DNA from: an uncultured Pseudomonadales bacterium
GTDB taxonomy: Bacteria; Patescibacteriota; Microgenomatia; UBA1400; PJMF01
Reading direction: 5' to 3'
Assembly: GCA_964437755.1 (NCBI GenBank)
Contig: CAYTIA010000001.1
Coordinates: 45,658-109,657, forward strand
DNA length: 64,000 nucleotides
Position 1 is the first letter of the stretch. Each line of letters starts with the position of its first letter. The translations under genes were made by a program, and so were the position numbers. Positions 49,829 to 57,843 of this stretch are shown in pieces. The notes below the pieces were generated by a model, which was not told where the DNA came from, searched no databases, and saw only the letters and a program-made list of their open reading frames with translations.

Positions 49829-50473
49829 TTAGAACTTAACATAAACAGTTCTTTGTTTAAGGGTAGATCGCCCTCGTTGATCTACCGCCTCAATGGTAAT
49901 TGTACTTATCCCTTCTCTTGGTAAATAAACTTCAGTTTTAAATGAACCATCTGGCTGAATAGCAACCGGCTGAGCATTTACACTTAAGATCGCTTCACTT
50001 TCTGTAGTCCCACTAATAATAATTTGTGAAGAAACAAACTCATTTTCTTCTGGAGAATAGATTTCTAATGAGGGAGGCTTATTAAGGTTATACCATTGAA
50101 CACCAATGTACCCCACCAAAGATAAAAAGATTGCTGCAAAAATTACTACAATCAAGATAATGGGGCGCCATTGTTTTTGCCTGGCAGATACTGGTCGAAT
50201 GTACTGACGCAATAATAATTTTCCGCTTTTATTTTCTTGATAATCTCGACGAAGAATAGCCAACAATGACTTTTGATCTAAATTTAGGACTCTTGCATAA
50301 GATTTAATAAAACCCTTTACAAAAACAGACGATGGCAGCTTATCAAACTGGTTTTTTTCAAGTGCTTGAAGATACTCAATTTTAATTCGAGTTACTTGAG
50401 AAAGTTCAGTCAGAGTAATTCTCTGCTTTTGTCTTTCGTCTGCTAAGATTTGACCAATCTTTTTGGTTTGCAT
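49829..50473 (-). CDS. RodZ-like protein (N-terminal XRE-type HTH, single TM, C-terminal extracytoplasmic domain)
   Basis: HTH ILADERQKQRITLTELSQVTRIKIEYLQALEKNQFDKLPSSVFVKGFIKSYARVLNLD is the RodZ N-terminal signature; TM IILIVVIFAAIFLSLVGYIGV. Confidence 0.55.
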   Translation of the reverse strand: MQTKKIGQILADERQKQRITLTELSQVTRIKIEYLQALEKNQFDKLPSSVFVKGFIKSYARVLNLDQKSLLAILRRDYQENKSGKLLLRQYIRPVSARQKQWRPIILIVVIFAAIFLSLVGYIGVQWYNLNKPPSLEIYSPEENEFVSSQIIISGTTESEAILSVNAQPVAIQPDGSFKTEVYLPREGISTITIEAVDQRGRSTLKQRTVYVKF

Positions 50474-50495
50474 AGCACATCCTGAAGAGATAATC

Positions 50496-50930
50496 TTAAT
50501 CTGAAAAAACTTGATTCACCAGCTTGGCGATTCGAGCACCATCGGCACTGTTTCCAACCCGCTGTTTAACCAAACCAATCAAAGGACCCATTTGAATACC
50601 CTCAGACTCTTGTTTAATCTTCTTAATAATTTCTATAATCTGCTCATCACTTAACTGTTGAGGCAAATATTCTTCTAACACTTTTATTTTCTGTTGAGCT
50701 TCTGCAACCAAATCATCTCGATTGCCTTTTTTATAATCCTCGATCGCATCTAGCCACTGCTTAACTGTTTGCGAAACCAGTTTTTCTACCTGCTCATCAT
50801 TTTGAGGGCCATTATCAATTTCTACGTTTTTTATCTTAGCTCTCAACATTCGAATTGTATCCAACCTCAAAGCCTGCTTGTCTCGCATCGCCTGTTTCAT
50901 ATCTTCAATTAATCTTTCTTGGAGTGACAT
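50496..50930 (-). CDS. GatB/YqeY-domain protein
   Basis: MSLQERLIEDMKQAMRDKQALRLDTIRMLRAKIKNVEID...ADGARIAKLVNQ is a textbook YqeY; start moved to the internal Met at 50930 because the longer ORF (to 51101) runs over a tRNA gene. Confidence 0.7.
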   Translation of the reverse strand: MSLQERLIEDMKQAMRDKQALRLDTIRMLRAKIKNVEIDNGPQNDEQVEKLVSQTVKQWLDAIEDYKKGNRDDLVAEAQQKIKVLEEYLPQQLSDEQIIEIIKKIKQESEGIQMGPLIGLVKQRVGNSADGARIAKLVNQVFSD

Positions 50931-51042
50931 AAGAGTTTTTAATATAGTTAATAATTTTGAAACGGTAAGAATTTTTGATTGTGTTTGCGAGGAAGCCTCG
51001 GTGCAAGGCACCGCCAGCGACAAACAAACACAAGCAAAATTG

Positions 51043-51116
51043 TGGACCCGAGCTGACTCGAACAGCTGACCTTTCCGATGTGAACGGAACGCTCTAACCA
51101 ACTGAGCTACGGATCC
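51043..51116 (-). tRNA. tRNA-Val (anticodon CAC)
   Basis: Minus-strand sequence GGATCCGTAGCTCAGTTGGTTAGAGCGTTCCGTTCACATCGGAAAGGTCAGCTGTTCGAGTCAGCTCGGGTCCA folds as a cloverleaf: 7-bp acceptor (one G-U), D-arm GCTC/GAGC, anticodon stem TTCCG/CGGAA with loop TTCACAT, T-arm AGCTG-TTCGAGT-CAGCT; CCA not encoded. Confidence 0.85.
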
Positions 51117-51182
51117 GTCTTGCCCAATACCAAAGTAAAAGCATTATACAACAGATCAGTCTGAAAGACTTTCTTCAGAAAA

Positions 51183-51857
51183 GTGGTTTATGTTTCAATA
51201 ATGAACTCTCAATTGCTTTTGCTTTTACACAAAATAATAAAAATATTCTTTCCACCTTTTTGTGTTTGCTGTAAAAAAAATGGATCTGTTTTGTGTTATG
51301 AGTGCTATCAACTTATCCATTTTAATCTACAACCAAAAAACTCCAACTTGATCAATCAAGGTTCTTTAGATCAAGTTTTAATATTGGCTGTTTATCAACC
51401 ACCCATCTCTCAACTAATTAAAGCTCTTAAATATCAACATACTAGAGCAGCAGGTAAAATGTTAGCCCAATTACTATTTTTACATATTAATTTTCCTGAA
51501 TTTGATTTGATAACCAGTGCACCAATCTCAAAAAAAAGACTCAATGAAAGAGGTTTCAACCAAGCTCAGTTAATTGCTGAAGAATTAGCTTCAAAGCTTA
51601 ACAAACCATTCAAAAAGTTATTAAAGAAAATTAAAGACACAAAAAAACAAGCTAGAAGTAGTTTTCAGCAAAGATTAAGTAATCTAAGTGATTGTTTTCG
51701 GGTTGAGTCACCATATAGAGATTTTGTTAAAAATAAAACGATTCTAATTATCGATGATGTAATTAGTACCGGATCTACCCTCAATGAATGTGCTAAAACA
51801 CTAAAAGCATCTGGAGCTAAACAAGTAATCGGCGTAGCTTTGGCTCAAAGTTTGTAG
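51183..51857 (+). CDS. ComF-family phosphoribosyltransferase-domain protein
   Basis: N-terminal Cys cluster CVCCKKNGSVLCYECY plus C-terminal PRTase motif ILIIDDVISTGSTLNECAKTL. Confidence 0.65.
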   Translation: MVYVSIMNSQLLLLLHKIIKIFFPPFCVCCKKNGSVLCYECYQLIHFNLQPKNSNLINQGSLDQVLILAVYQPPISQLIKALKYQHTRAAGKMLAQLLFLHINFPEFDLITSAPISKKRLNERGFNQAQLIAEELASKLNKPFKKLLKKIKDTKKQARSSFQQRLSNLSDCFRVESPYRDFVKNKTILIIDDVISTGSTLNECAKTLKASGAKQVIGVALAQSL

Positions 51858-51880
51858 CCTGTTTATATCTGGTGTATAAT
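51852..51880 (+). promoter_or_regulatory. candidate sigma-70 promoter for ssrA (TTGTAG - 17 nt - TGTATAAT extended -10)
   Basis: Read directly: ttgtag (51852-51857), a 17-nt spacer ending in TG, then tataat (51875-51880); 30 nt upstream of the mature tmRNA 5' end, consistent with a processed precursor. Confidence 0.45.
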
Positions 51881-51910
51881 GGTTACCCTGGAGCTTAACT
51901 CCAAAAACAT

Positions 51911-52465
51911 GGGGATGTATTGCATCGACGTGTCAGCACATTAACAACTGCAGACCATCTTTTATCAAAAGATGTAAAACAGGATAAAAACATAACTGCA
52001 AACAAAATTCGCAGCATGGTTGCATCAGCTGGACAGGCTCTCGCTAGCCTTACCCAACTTGTTGGAACCCCAGCTCTCGCTTACAACGCGTAAGCTGGCA
52101 TCTACTCATTTCTTCTCACTGATGAGAGTGGGTAGGTGAAAAACCAGTCAGTGTGCAAAATGATAGATTCATGCATCTATCATTTTCAAGAAATAGTATG
52201 GCGGCAAAAGAAAGGTTTGTTTATTTACCACTTTTGCTAGAAGCAAAAATAAGACCCGTTGCGTAATTAGAATTAGAATAATTATTGTTTACCCCGCTAA
52301 GCAGGGCGATAGTAGTTGTAACTACTTGAGGAGTAGAAAACAATGCAAAATGCGCAAAAAATGCATTAAGTAACTAATTTTAATTACGCAATGGGTCTAA
52401 ACTACGTCTGTAGAAGTTGTTCTGAAGCTTGATAGCGGACAGGGGGTCATACCCCCTCATCTCCA
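51911..52465 (+). ncRNA. ssrA: tmRNA (ssrA), about 555 nt, standard one-piece
   Basis: 5' GGGGATGTATTGCATCGACG parallels the E. coli tmRNA 5' end GGGGCUGAUUCUGGAUUCGACGG; 3' GGACAGGGGGTCATACCCCCTCATCTCCACA gives a T-arm plus a 7-bp acceptor pairing with the 5' end, including the G3:U70 alanine identity pair; resume codon GCA at 51998 preceded by U(-5) A(-4) as in E. coli; the tag frame runs to TAA at 52091. Confidence 0.75.
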
Positions 52466-52494
52466 CACGCATAAAGCCTTTTGTTAATATGTTT

Positions 52495-52914
52495 CTAACT
52501 TTTTTTTGTTTTATTACCTTGTTTGTCCATCATTAATGTGCCACCATTAGTTTGTTCAGGGAAGCATGTTGCCACCTCGTTATTTCTAATAAACGCTCCG
52601 ACTTTTTTTAAACCATATTTTTTATATCCAACAACTACTCTTAATGCATTACCAACTGCTTGCACCCCATAAACAGCTGAAGGTTTTCTGTTTATATACT
52701 TAAACCATTCGGTCTCGATAGTTCTAACAACCTCAGATATATCCCCAGCACTCATATGTCTTGGAAATAAACTACCTTGCCCAAATTCAAAACCACTGGC
52801 ATGAAAAAGCTTTTCTCCGGCATAAAGATGGCGCGACGAGATATGTTTGCGATTAACGCCAGTGTCAGCATAAGCTCTTTTTGAAGTTAATTCTGGATAT
52901 TCTTTTTTTCGCAT
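52495..52914 (-). CDS. hypothetical protein (139 aa) directly flanking the tmRNA 3' end
   Basis: Intact ORF MRKKEYPELTSKRAYADTGVNRKHISSRHLYAGEKLFHASGFEFGQGSLFPRHMS...; no family confidently recognised. Confidence 0.35.
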   Translation of the reverse strand: MRKKEYPELTSKRAYADTGVNRKHISSRHLYAGEKLFHASGFEFGQGSLFPRHMSAGDISEVVRTIETEWFKYINRKPSAVYGVQAVGNALRVVVGYKKYGLKKVGAFIRNNEVATCFPEQTNGGTLMMDKQGNKTKKS

Positions 52915-53116
52915 AATAATTTGTATTACTTGAATATTGTATTAAACAAGTCAAGCTCATTGTTGAATTTATCGTAAATATTTTTAACTTTATAGAAACT
53001 TACTCACTACATAACTCGCTTGGTAAAAATATCTCATTTTCACTTAGTAACTCCACCGCAAATTTCATATAAAATACTATCTGAACTATTCATTTCGAAA
53101 TTATTTTTAACTTCTT

Positions 53117-53890
53117 ATGCCCCAAACCCAACTTAACGCCATAATTTTAGCTGCTGGATATGGCACTCGCTTAAAGGAAGTTGGCGAGAAGACAGCCAAA
53201 GGTCTTTTTAAAAACCGTGACAATTTTTCTATTCTTGATTTAGTTTTACTTAAATTAATAAAAAATCAAGCCATCAATCAAGTTGCTTTAGTTACCAACA
53301 ATCGCTTTCACTCTCAATACAAAAATCATCTTTCATCAAAATATCCAAACACCAAGATTAACATTATTAATGATGGCTCAACTAAACCAGAAAATAGATT
53401 AGGCTCATTGGGAGATTTGCACTTTGCGGTGGATCAGCTGAACTGGTGGGATAAAGACTTGTTAGTTTTACCCAGTGATAGAACTCCCGAAAATATTATC
53501 TCTGCTTTAGTATCAGACTTTAAAAACAACTCCAACTCATTTGTTGTTGGAGTTGTGAAAGAATCCAAAGAAAAGATTAAAAATAAATCGGGCTGTGTGG
53601 TGCTTAATAAACACAATAACGTTGTGGATTTTGAAGAGAAGCCAGCAAACCCAAAAAGTAATTATTTGGCCCTTCCTTTTTATATTTTTCCCAGACAAAC
53701 TCTCTCATTGCTTAAAAAATATAAAACTCAAAAAAATAATATGGATTCTCCAGGAAATATTGTTCCTTGGCTAATTACTCAAAACTTTCCCGTCAAAGCT
53801 TGTTTGACAGCAAAAAAATCGTTCGACATTGGCAATCTTGAGGAGTTAGAAAGTTTCCAGAAAGAATATTCGCTAAAAAACAACTCTTAA
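53117..53890 (+). CDS. sugar-phosphate nucleotidyltransferase (NTP_transferase fold)
   Basis: N-terminal AIILAAGYGTRL (G-x-G-T-R-L pyrophosphorylase signature); 257 aa. Confidence 0.6.
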   Translation: MPQTQLNAIILAAGYGTRLKEVGEKTAKGLFKNRDNFSILDLVLLKLIKNQAINQVALVTNNRFHSQYKNHLSSKYPNTKINIINDGSTKPENRLGSLGDLHFAVDQLNWWDKDLLVLPSDRTPENIISALVSDFKNNSNSFVVGVVKESKEKIKNKSGCVVLNKHNNVVDFEEKPANPKSNYLALPFYIFPRQTLSLLKKYKTQKNNMDSPGNIVPWLITQNFPVKACLTAKKSFDIGNLEELESFQKEYSLKNNS

Positions 53891-56082
53891 CTCTCTTGTT
53901 GAGTTTGAGCTATATATGCCTGAATTTGAGCCGGGTTTACTTCTCTTGGCTTGCTTCCTTCAGGAGGTCCAATTAAATTAGCTTCATACATCTGATCTAA
54001 TATTCTGGCAGCGCGGTTATAACCTATGCTCAACCTTCTTTGTAATAATGAAGCCGAGGCTTTACCACCTTTTTGAAATACCTTAACCGCTTCATCAAAG
54101 AGATCATCTATCTCATCTGTTCCACCAAACTCTCCAGATTCTTTTGCAGTAAATTTACTAGTTATCTCCTCTTCATAGTTAGGTTCATTTCCATGAGCCT
54201 TGAGATAATCAATAAGGGCTTTCGTTTCTTTTGGATCAACAAAAGTACCCTGAACACGAACAGGTTTAGCTTTATCTGGAGAAAGGAAAAGCATATCTCC
54301 TCGACCCAAAAGTTTTTCAGCTCCTGGAGAGTCAAGAATGACCCTCGAATCTGTCAAGGAAGAAACATTAAAAGCAATTCTAGCTGGTACATTAGCTTTA
54401 ATTAATCCAGTAATAACATCTACTGAAGGTCGTTGAGTTGATAACACCAAGTGAATTCCAACCGCTCTCGCCATCTGAGCAATTCTGGTAACGGAAGATT
54501 CAACATCACCAGGAGCAAACAACATAATATCAGCCATCTCATCAATGAAGATCACCAAATTTGGCATCGCCGCCAAACCTGCTAACTCGTTATAACTAGC
54601 TATATCTTTAACCCCTACTTCTTGCAAAAGCTTGTATCTTTTTTCCATCAAATGCTCCACCCACTTAAGTGCCGAAACAACTTTTTTCGGCTCCACTATC
54701 ACCGGTGTAAGCAAGTGAGGAATGCCGTTGTACTGAGTTAACTCAACTCTTTTTGGATCAACCAAGATTAAGTTTAACTCTGAAGGACTGGCTCTAAACA
54801 GCAAAGAGCTTAAAAAAGTATTGATACAAACAGATTTTCCTGAACCAGTTGAACCTGCTATTAACATATGTGGCATACGAGAAATATCTACTATTACCGA
54901 GTTTCCCGCCACATCAATTCCCAATCCAACAGCTAACTTTGACGGATGTTTTTTAATTGCTGATGAACCCAAAATTTCTTTAAGAGTTACATAAGAAGGA
55001 GATCTATTTGGCACCTCGATTCCAACTAGAGATCTACCTGCTATTGGCGCCTCAATTCTAATCTGTCCAGTTGGAGCAGCTAAAGCCATTGCTAAATCAG
55101 TAGAAAGGCTAGTAATTCTTGAAAGTTTGGTACCACGAGTAACTTGCAGTGCATATTGAGTCACTGAAGGTCCATAATTAACTTCCTTAACCTCTGCATG
55201 AATACCAAAAGATTGAAGGGCACTCTCAATAATATCTGCATTTTGATTCACATCACCCCTATCCGCCTCACCACCTTTTTGATCTGAAAGCAAAGACAAT
55301 GGAGGATAATCCCAAACTAATGGCATATTGCTTGGGGTTAATAAACTCTCGGATTGGATATCGGCCACTTCTCCATCTTTAGATTTATTTTTCAAGTTAA
55401 TGGGTAAAACTGGTTGAGTTGGGTCGACGGCAGTACCTGTTTGATCGTCACCAATGCCCTGTTTTGCCAAATCCGGTTGACCGACTTTAATTTGTTTTTC
55501 TTTTCCTGGAAGCCATATTTTTGGAATAAGGCCTTTTTTCTTTTTTTCTTTTGCATCCTCAACTTTAGCATTGAGTTTGTTTTCTTGATACAGCTGATAT
55601 TTTTCAATCAATGCTTTGATCAAAGTCACTAAAGATGCTTGCAAGGTGATGAGAATGCCAATCGTCATCAAACCACCCGCGATTACCATTGAACCAGCTG
55701 GGCCAACTAATCTTGATAAATTATCATAAGTGTTTAAACCAATATCTCCAGTTGAAAACGCAATCATTACTGAGAGCATCATAATCAACAATCCCAACAG
55801 AACATTGGGCTCACCCCATTTCCAGTTAGTGTGAAGCATTACCAAACCAGAGGAAGCAAAAATAATTGGCAACAAAAAGATTGATATACCTAACTTATTT
55901 GTTAAAAATGTATTTACCTGTTGTAACACCTCACCTTGGCCTGTAAAAGAAACCAGAATAAGTAAAGCCACCAACATTAAAAGCACTGCCACGATTGAGT
56001 GCAGTGTTTGAGTCTCAATCTTTAATTTGATTGGTTGAACTTTTGATCTTCTTTTTTGTTTTTTACTTTTTCTCTTAGGCAT
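53887..56082 (-). CDS. ftsK: DNA translocase FtsK/SpoIIIE
   Basis: N-terminal polytopic membrane domain, linker, motor domain with Walker A GSTGSGKSVCINTFLSSLLF and a C-terminal gamma-like winged-helix region. Confidence 0.85.
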   Translation of the reverse strand: MPKRKSKKQKRRSKVQPIKLKIETQTLHSIVAVLLMLVALLILVSFTGQGEVLQQVNTFLTNKLGISIFLLPIIFASSGLVMLHTNWKWGEPNVLLGLLIMMLSVMIAFSTGDIGLNTYDNLSRLVGPAGSMVIAGGLMTIGILITLQASLVTLIKALIEKYQLYQENKLNAKVEDAKEKKKKGLIPKIWLPGKEKQIKVGQPDLAKQGIGDDQTGTAVDPTQPVLPINLKNKSKDGEVADIQSESLLTPSNMPLVWDYPPLSLLSDQKGGEADRGDVNQNADIIESALQSFGIHAEVKEVNYGPSVTQYALQVTRGTKLSRITSLSTDLAMALAAPTGQIRIEAPIAGRSLVGIEVPNRSPSYVTLKEILGSSAIKKHPSKLAVGLGIDVAGNSVIVDISRMPHMLIAGSTGSGKSVCINTFLSSLLFRASPSELNLILVDPKRVELTQYNGIPHLLTPVIVEPKKVVSALKWVEHLMEKRYKLLQEVGVKDIASYNELAGLAAMPNLVIFIDEMADIMLFAPGDVESSVTRIAQMARAVGIHLVLSTQRPSVDVITGLIKANVPARIAFNVSSLTDSRVILDSPGAEKLLGRGDMLFLSPDKAKPVRVQGTFVDPKETKALIDYLKAHGNEPNYEEEITSKFTAKESGEFGGTDEIDDLFDEAVKVFQKGGKASASLLQRRLSIGYNRAARILDQMYEANLIGPPEGSKPREVNPAQIQAYIAQTQQES

Positions 56083-56142
56083 AATAATCTGAGACTAGTA
56101 TAACAAATATCTTAAGTGTCTCTCTAGTTAGCAGACCTGTCA

Positions 56143-57804
56143 TTATTGACGATCCATAATTTCACTTACTATGAGTGGCTCCCTTTGAATTACAGAGTAT
56201 AACTTTTTACGTAACCCAGTTTCAATTTTTTGTTTTAAATCATAGTCGCTAATATCTTGATTTTGCTCAATAATTTCAACAACCGAATCTTGAATGAAAG
56301 TAATGACCTCTGAAGCTTGTTTCATAAAAACAAAACCTCTTGAAACAATCTCAATTTCTTCATAAAGAAACTGTTTTTTTCTTCGAGGAATGATGACTAC
56401 TACAATTCCTGCCTCACTTAAAGCTCTTCTGTCAGACAAAACAGCTGGACCAACATCTCCAATACCCAAACCGTCAACTATGCGAGGAGAAAGTTTAATG
56501 CGCTCACCAACTTGCCACTGATTATTTTCAAACACAAGAACATCTCCCGTACTTGGAATCAACACATCCTGATCTTTGTGACCAAGGGGATGTGCTACTC
56601 TAGTTCTAAATAATTCTCGATGTCGATCGGCTCCACCAATTGGCATCACGTATCTTGGTTTAACTGTGCCAAGTAGTTCCTTTTGTTCTGCCACTCCTGC
56701 ATGGCCAGTATGATGAATGTTGGGCTTAATATCTGGATAAATAACTTGTACTTTATTTCTACATAACTCATCAATGGCTCGATAGTAAGGAACCTCGTTG
56801 CCCGGTATGGCATCAGCTGAGATAATAACCTTATCATTTTCATTTATTTGAATAATGCGGTGTTCTCCAAAAACCGCTCGCATCATTGATGATCCTTCTT
56901 GACCTTGGCTTCCAGCAATAATTACTACCAGCTGCTCATCTCTGAAACTACCTACATTCTTTTTGTTTATTTTTACTCCTTGTGGAATTTTCAACAAACC
57001 CAGTCTTTCGGCAACATTAATATTTTTTTCTACACTACGACCAATAAAAACTACTTTGCGACGATTAGTAGCTGCTATGTCAACCACTTGCTGAATACGA
57101 TGAATGTGAGAACTCATTAAAGTCACTATGAACTTTCCCCTAACGCCTTCAATTTCTTTAGCTATAGCTGGACCGGTAGTAGACTCTGATTTACTCCAAT
57201 CTTCTCTTTCAACCCTAAGACAGTCCATCAACATTAAAAGCACGCCCTCTTTGCCAACTGCAGAAGCCATTTCCAAATTCGTTAACACACCATCAACGGG
57301 GTCAAGATCAAGTTTAAAATCTGAACCATGATAGATAACTCCATCTGGAGTATTAATAATTAAATGTTTTGCATCAGGAACTGAGTGAGTAACTGCTAAA
57401 GTACTAAACGAAAAATGATTACCTAGTTGAATCGATTGACCATCCTTAACCACCTGGGTATTTCTTTGTGAAGAGCCTTCTTTCATTCTTTCTTGCGCAA
57501 AACCAATCGTTAAAGCCGATCCATAAATTGTAAAGTTTGGTAGCTCGGATAATAAATATGGTAAAGCGCCAATGTGATCATCGTGGGCATGGCTTAAAAC
57601 CATACCAACTATTTTGCTACCTTTTTCAAGTTCAGCGAGCAAATAAGTTATATCGGGAATAATAATATCGGCACCTGGCATGTAAATGTCAGGAAAACCT
57701 ATACCACAATCAACAATCAGAATCTCATTATCATATTGATAAAGAAACATATTTTGAGTTACCTCACCCATACCACCCAACGGAACAATTTTTAATTTTT
57801 TCAT
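56143..57804 (-). CDS. rnj: ribonuclease J (metallo-beta-lactamase / beta-CASP RNase)
   Basis: MBL motif LSHAHDDHIGALPYL; 553 aa with beta-CASP and C-terminal domain organisation. Confidence 0.8.
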   Translation of the reverse strand: MKKLKIVPLGGMGEVTQNMFLYQYDNEILIVDCGIGFPDIYMPGADIIIPDITYLLAELEKGSKIVGMVLSHAHDDHIGALPYLLSELPNFTIYGSALTIGFAQERMKEGSSQRNTQVVKDGQSIQLGNHFSFSTLAVTHSVPDAKHLIINTPDGVIYHGSDFKLDLDPVDGVLTNLEMASAVGKEGVLLMLMDCLRVEREDWSKSESTTGPAIAKEIEGVRGKFIVTLMSSHIHRIQQVVDIAATNRRKVVFIGRSVEKNINVAERLGLLKIPQGVKINKKNVGSFRDEQLVVIIAGSQGQEGSSMMRAVFGEHRIIQINENDKVIISADAIPGNEVPYYRAIDELCRNKVQVIYPDIKPNIHHTGHAGVAEQKELLGTVKPRYVMPIGGADRHRELFRTRVAHPLGHKDQDVLIPSTGDVLVFENNQWQVGERIKLSPRIVDGLGIGDVGPAVLSDRRALSEAGIVVVIIPRRKKQFLYEEIEIVSRGFVFMKQASEVITFIQDSVVEIIEQNQDISDYDLKQKIETGLRKKLYSVIQREPLIVSEIMDRQ

Positions 57805-57843
57805 ATTTTTTGTTTTAATAATATTTATGGAATCACACTTTTT

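Noticed and set aside
50931-51101. N-terminal 57 codons of the 201-aa ORF
   Set aside because: Runs across the tRNA-Val gene and its spacer; a YqeY-domain protein needs none of it. Start reassigned to 50930.
51858-52494. Apparent 640-bp empty intergenic gap (considered CRISPR leader/array, pseudogene remnant or riboswitch)
   Set aside because: No direct repeats with regular spacing; instead the region has clear tmRNA 5'/3' tRNA-like ends and a tag ORF, so it is called as ssrA.
52495-52914. Assigning the 139-aa ORF to a specific toxin/nuclease family (barnase/RNase Sa, EndoU, ART)
   Set aside because: Compared by eye with barnase/RNase Sa catalytic motifs and could not align key residues. 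No Cys/His metal motifs. Left as hypothetical with only a contextual note.
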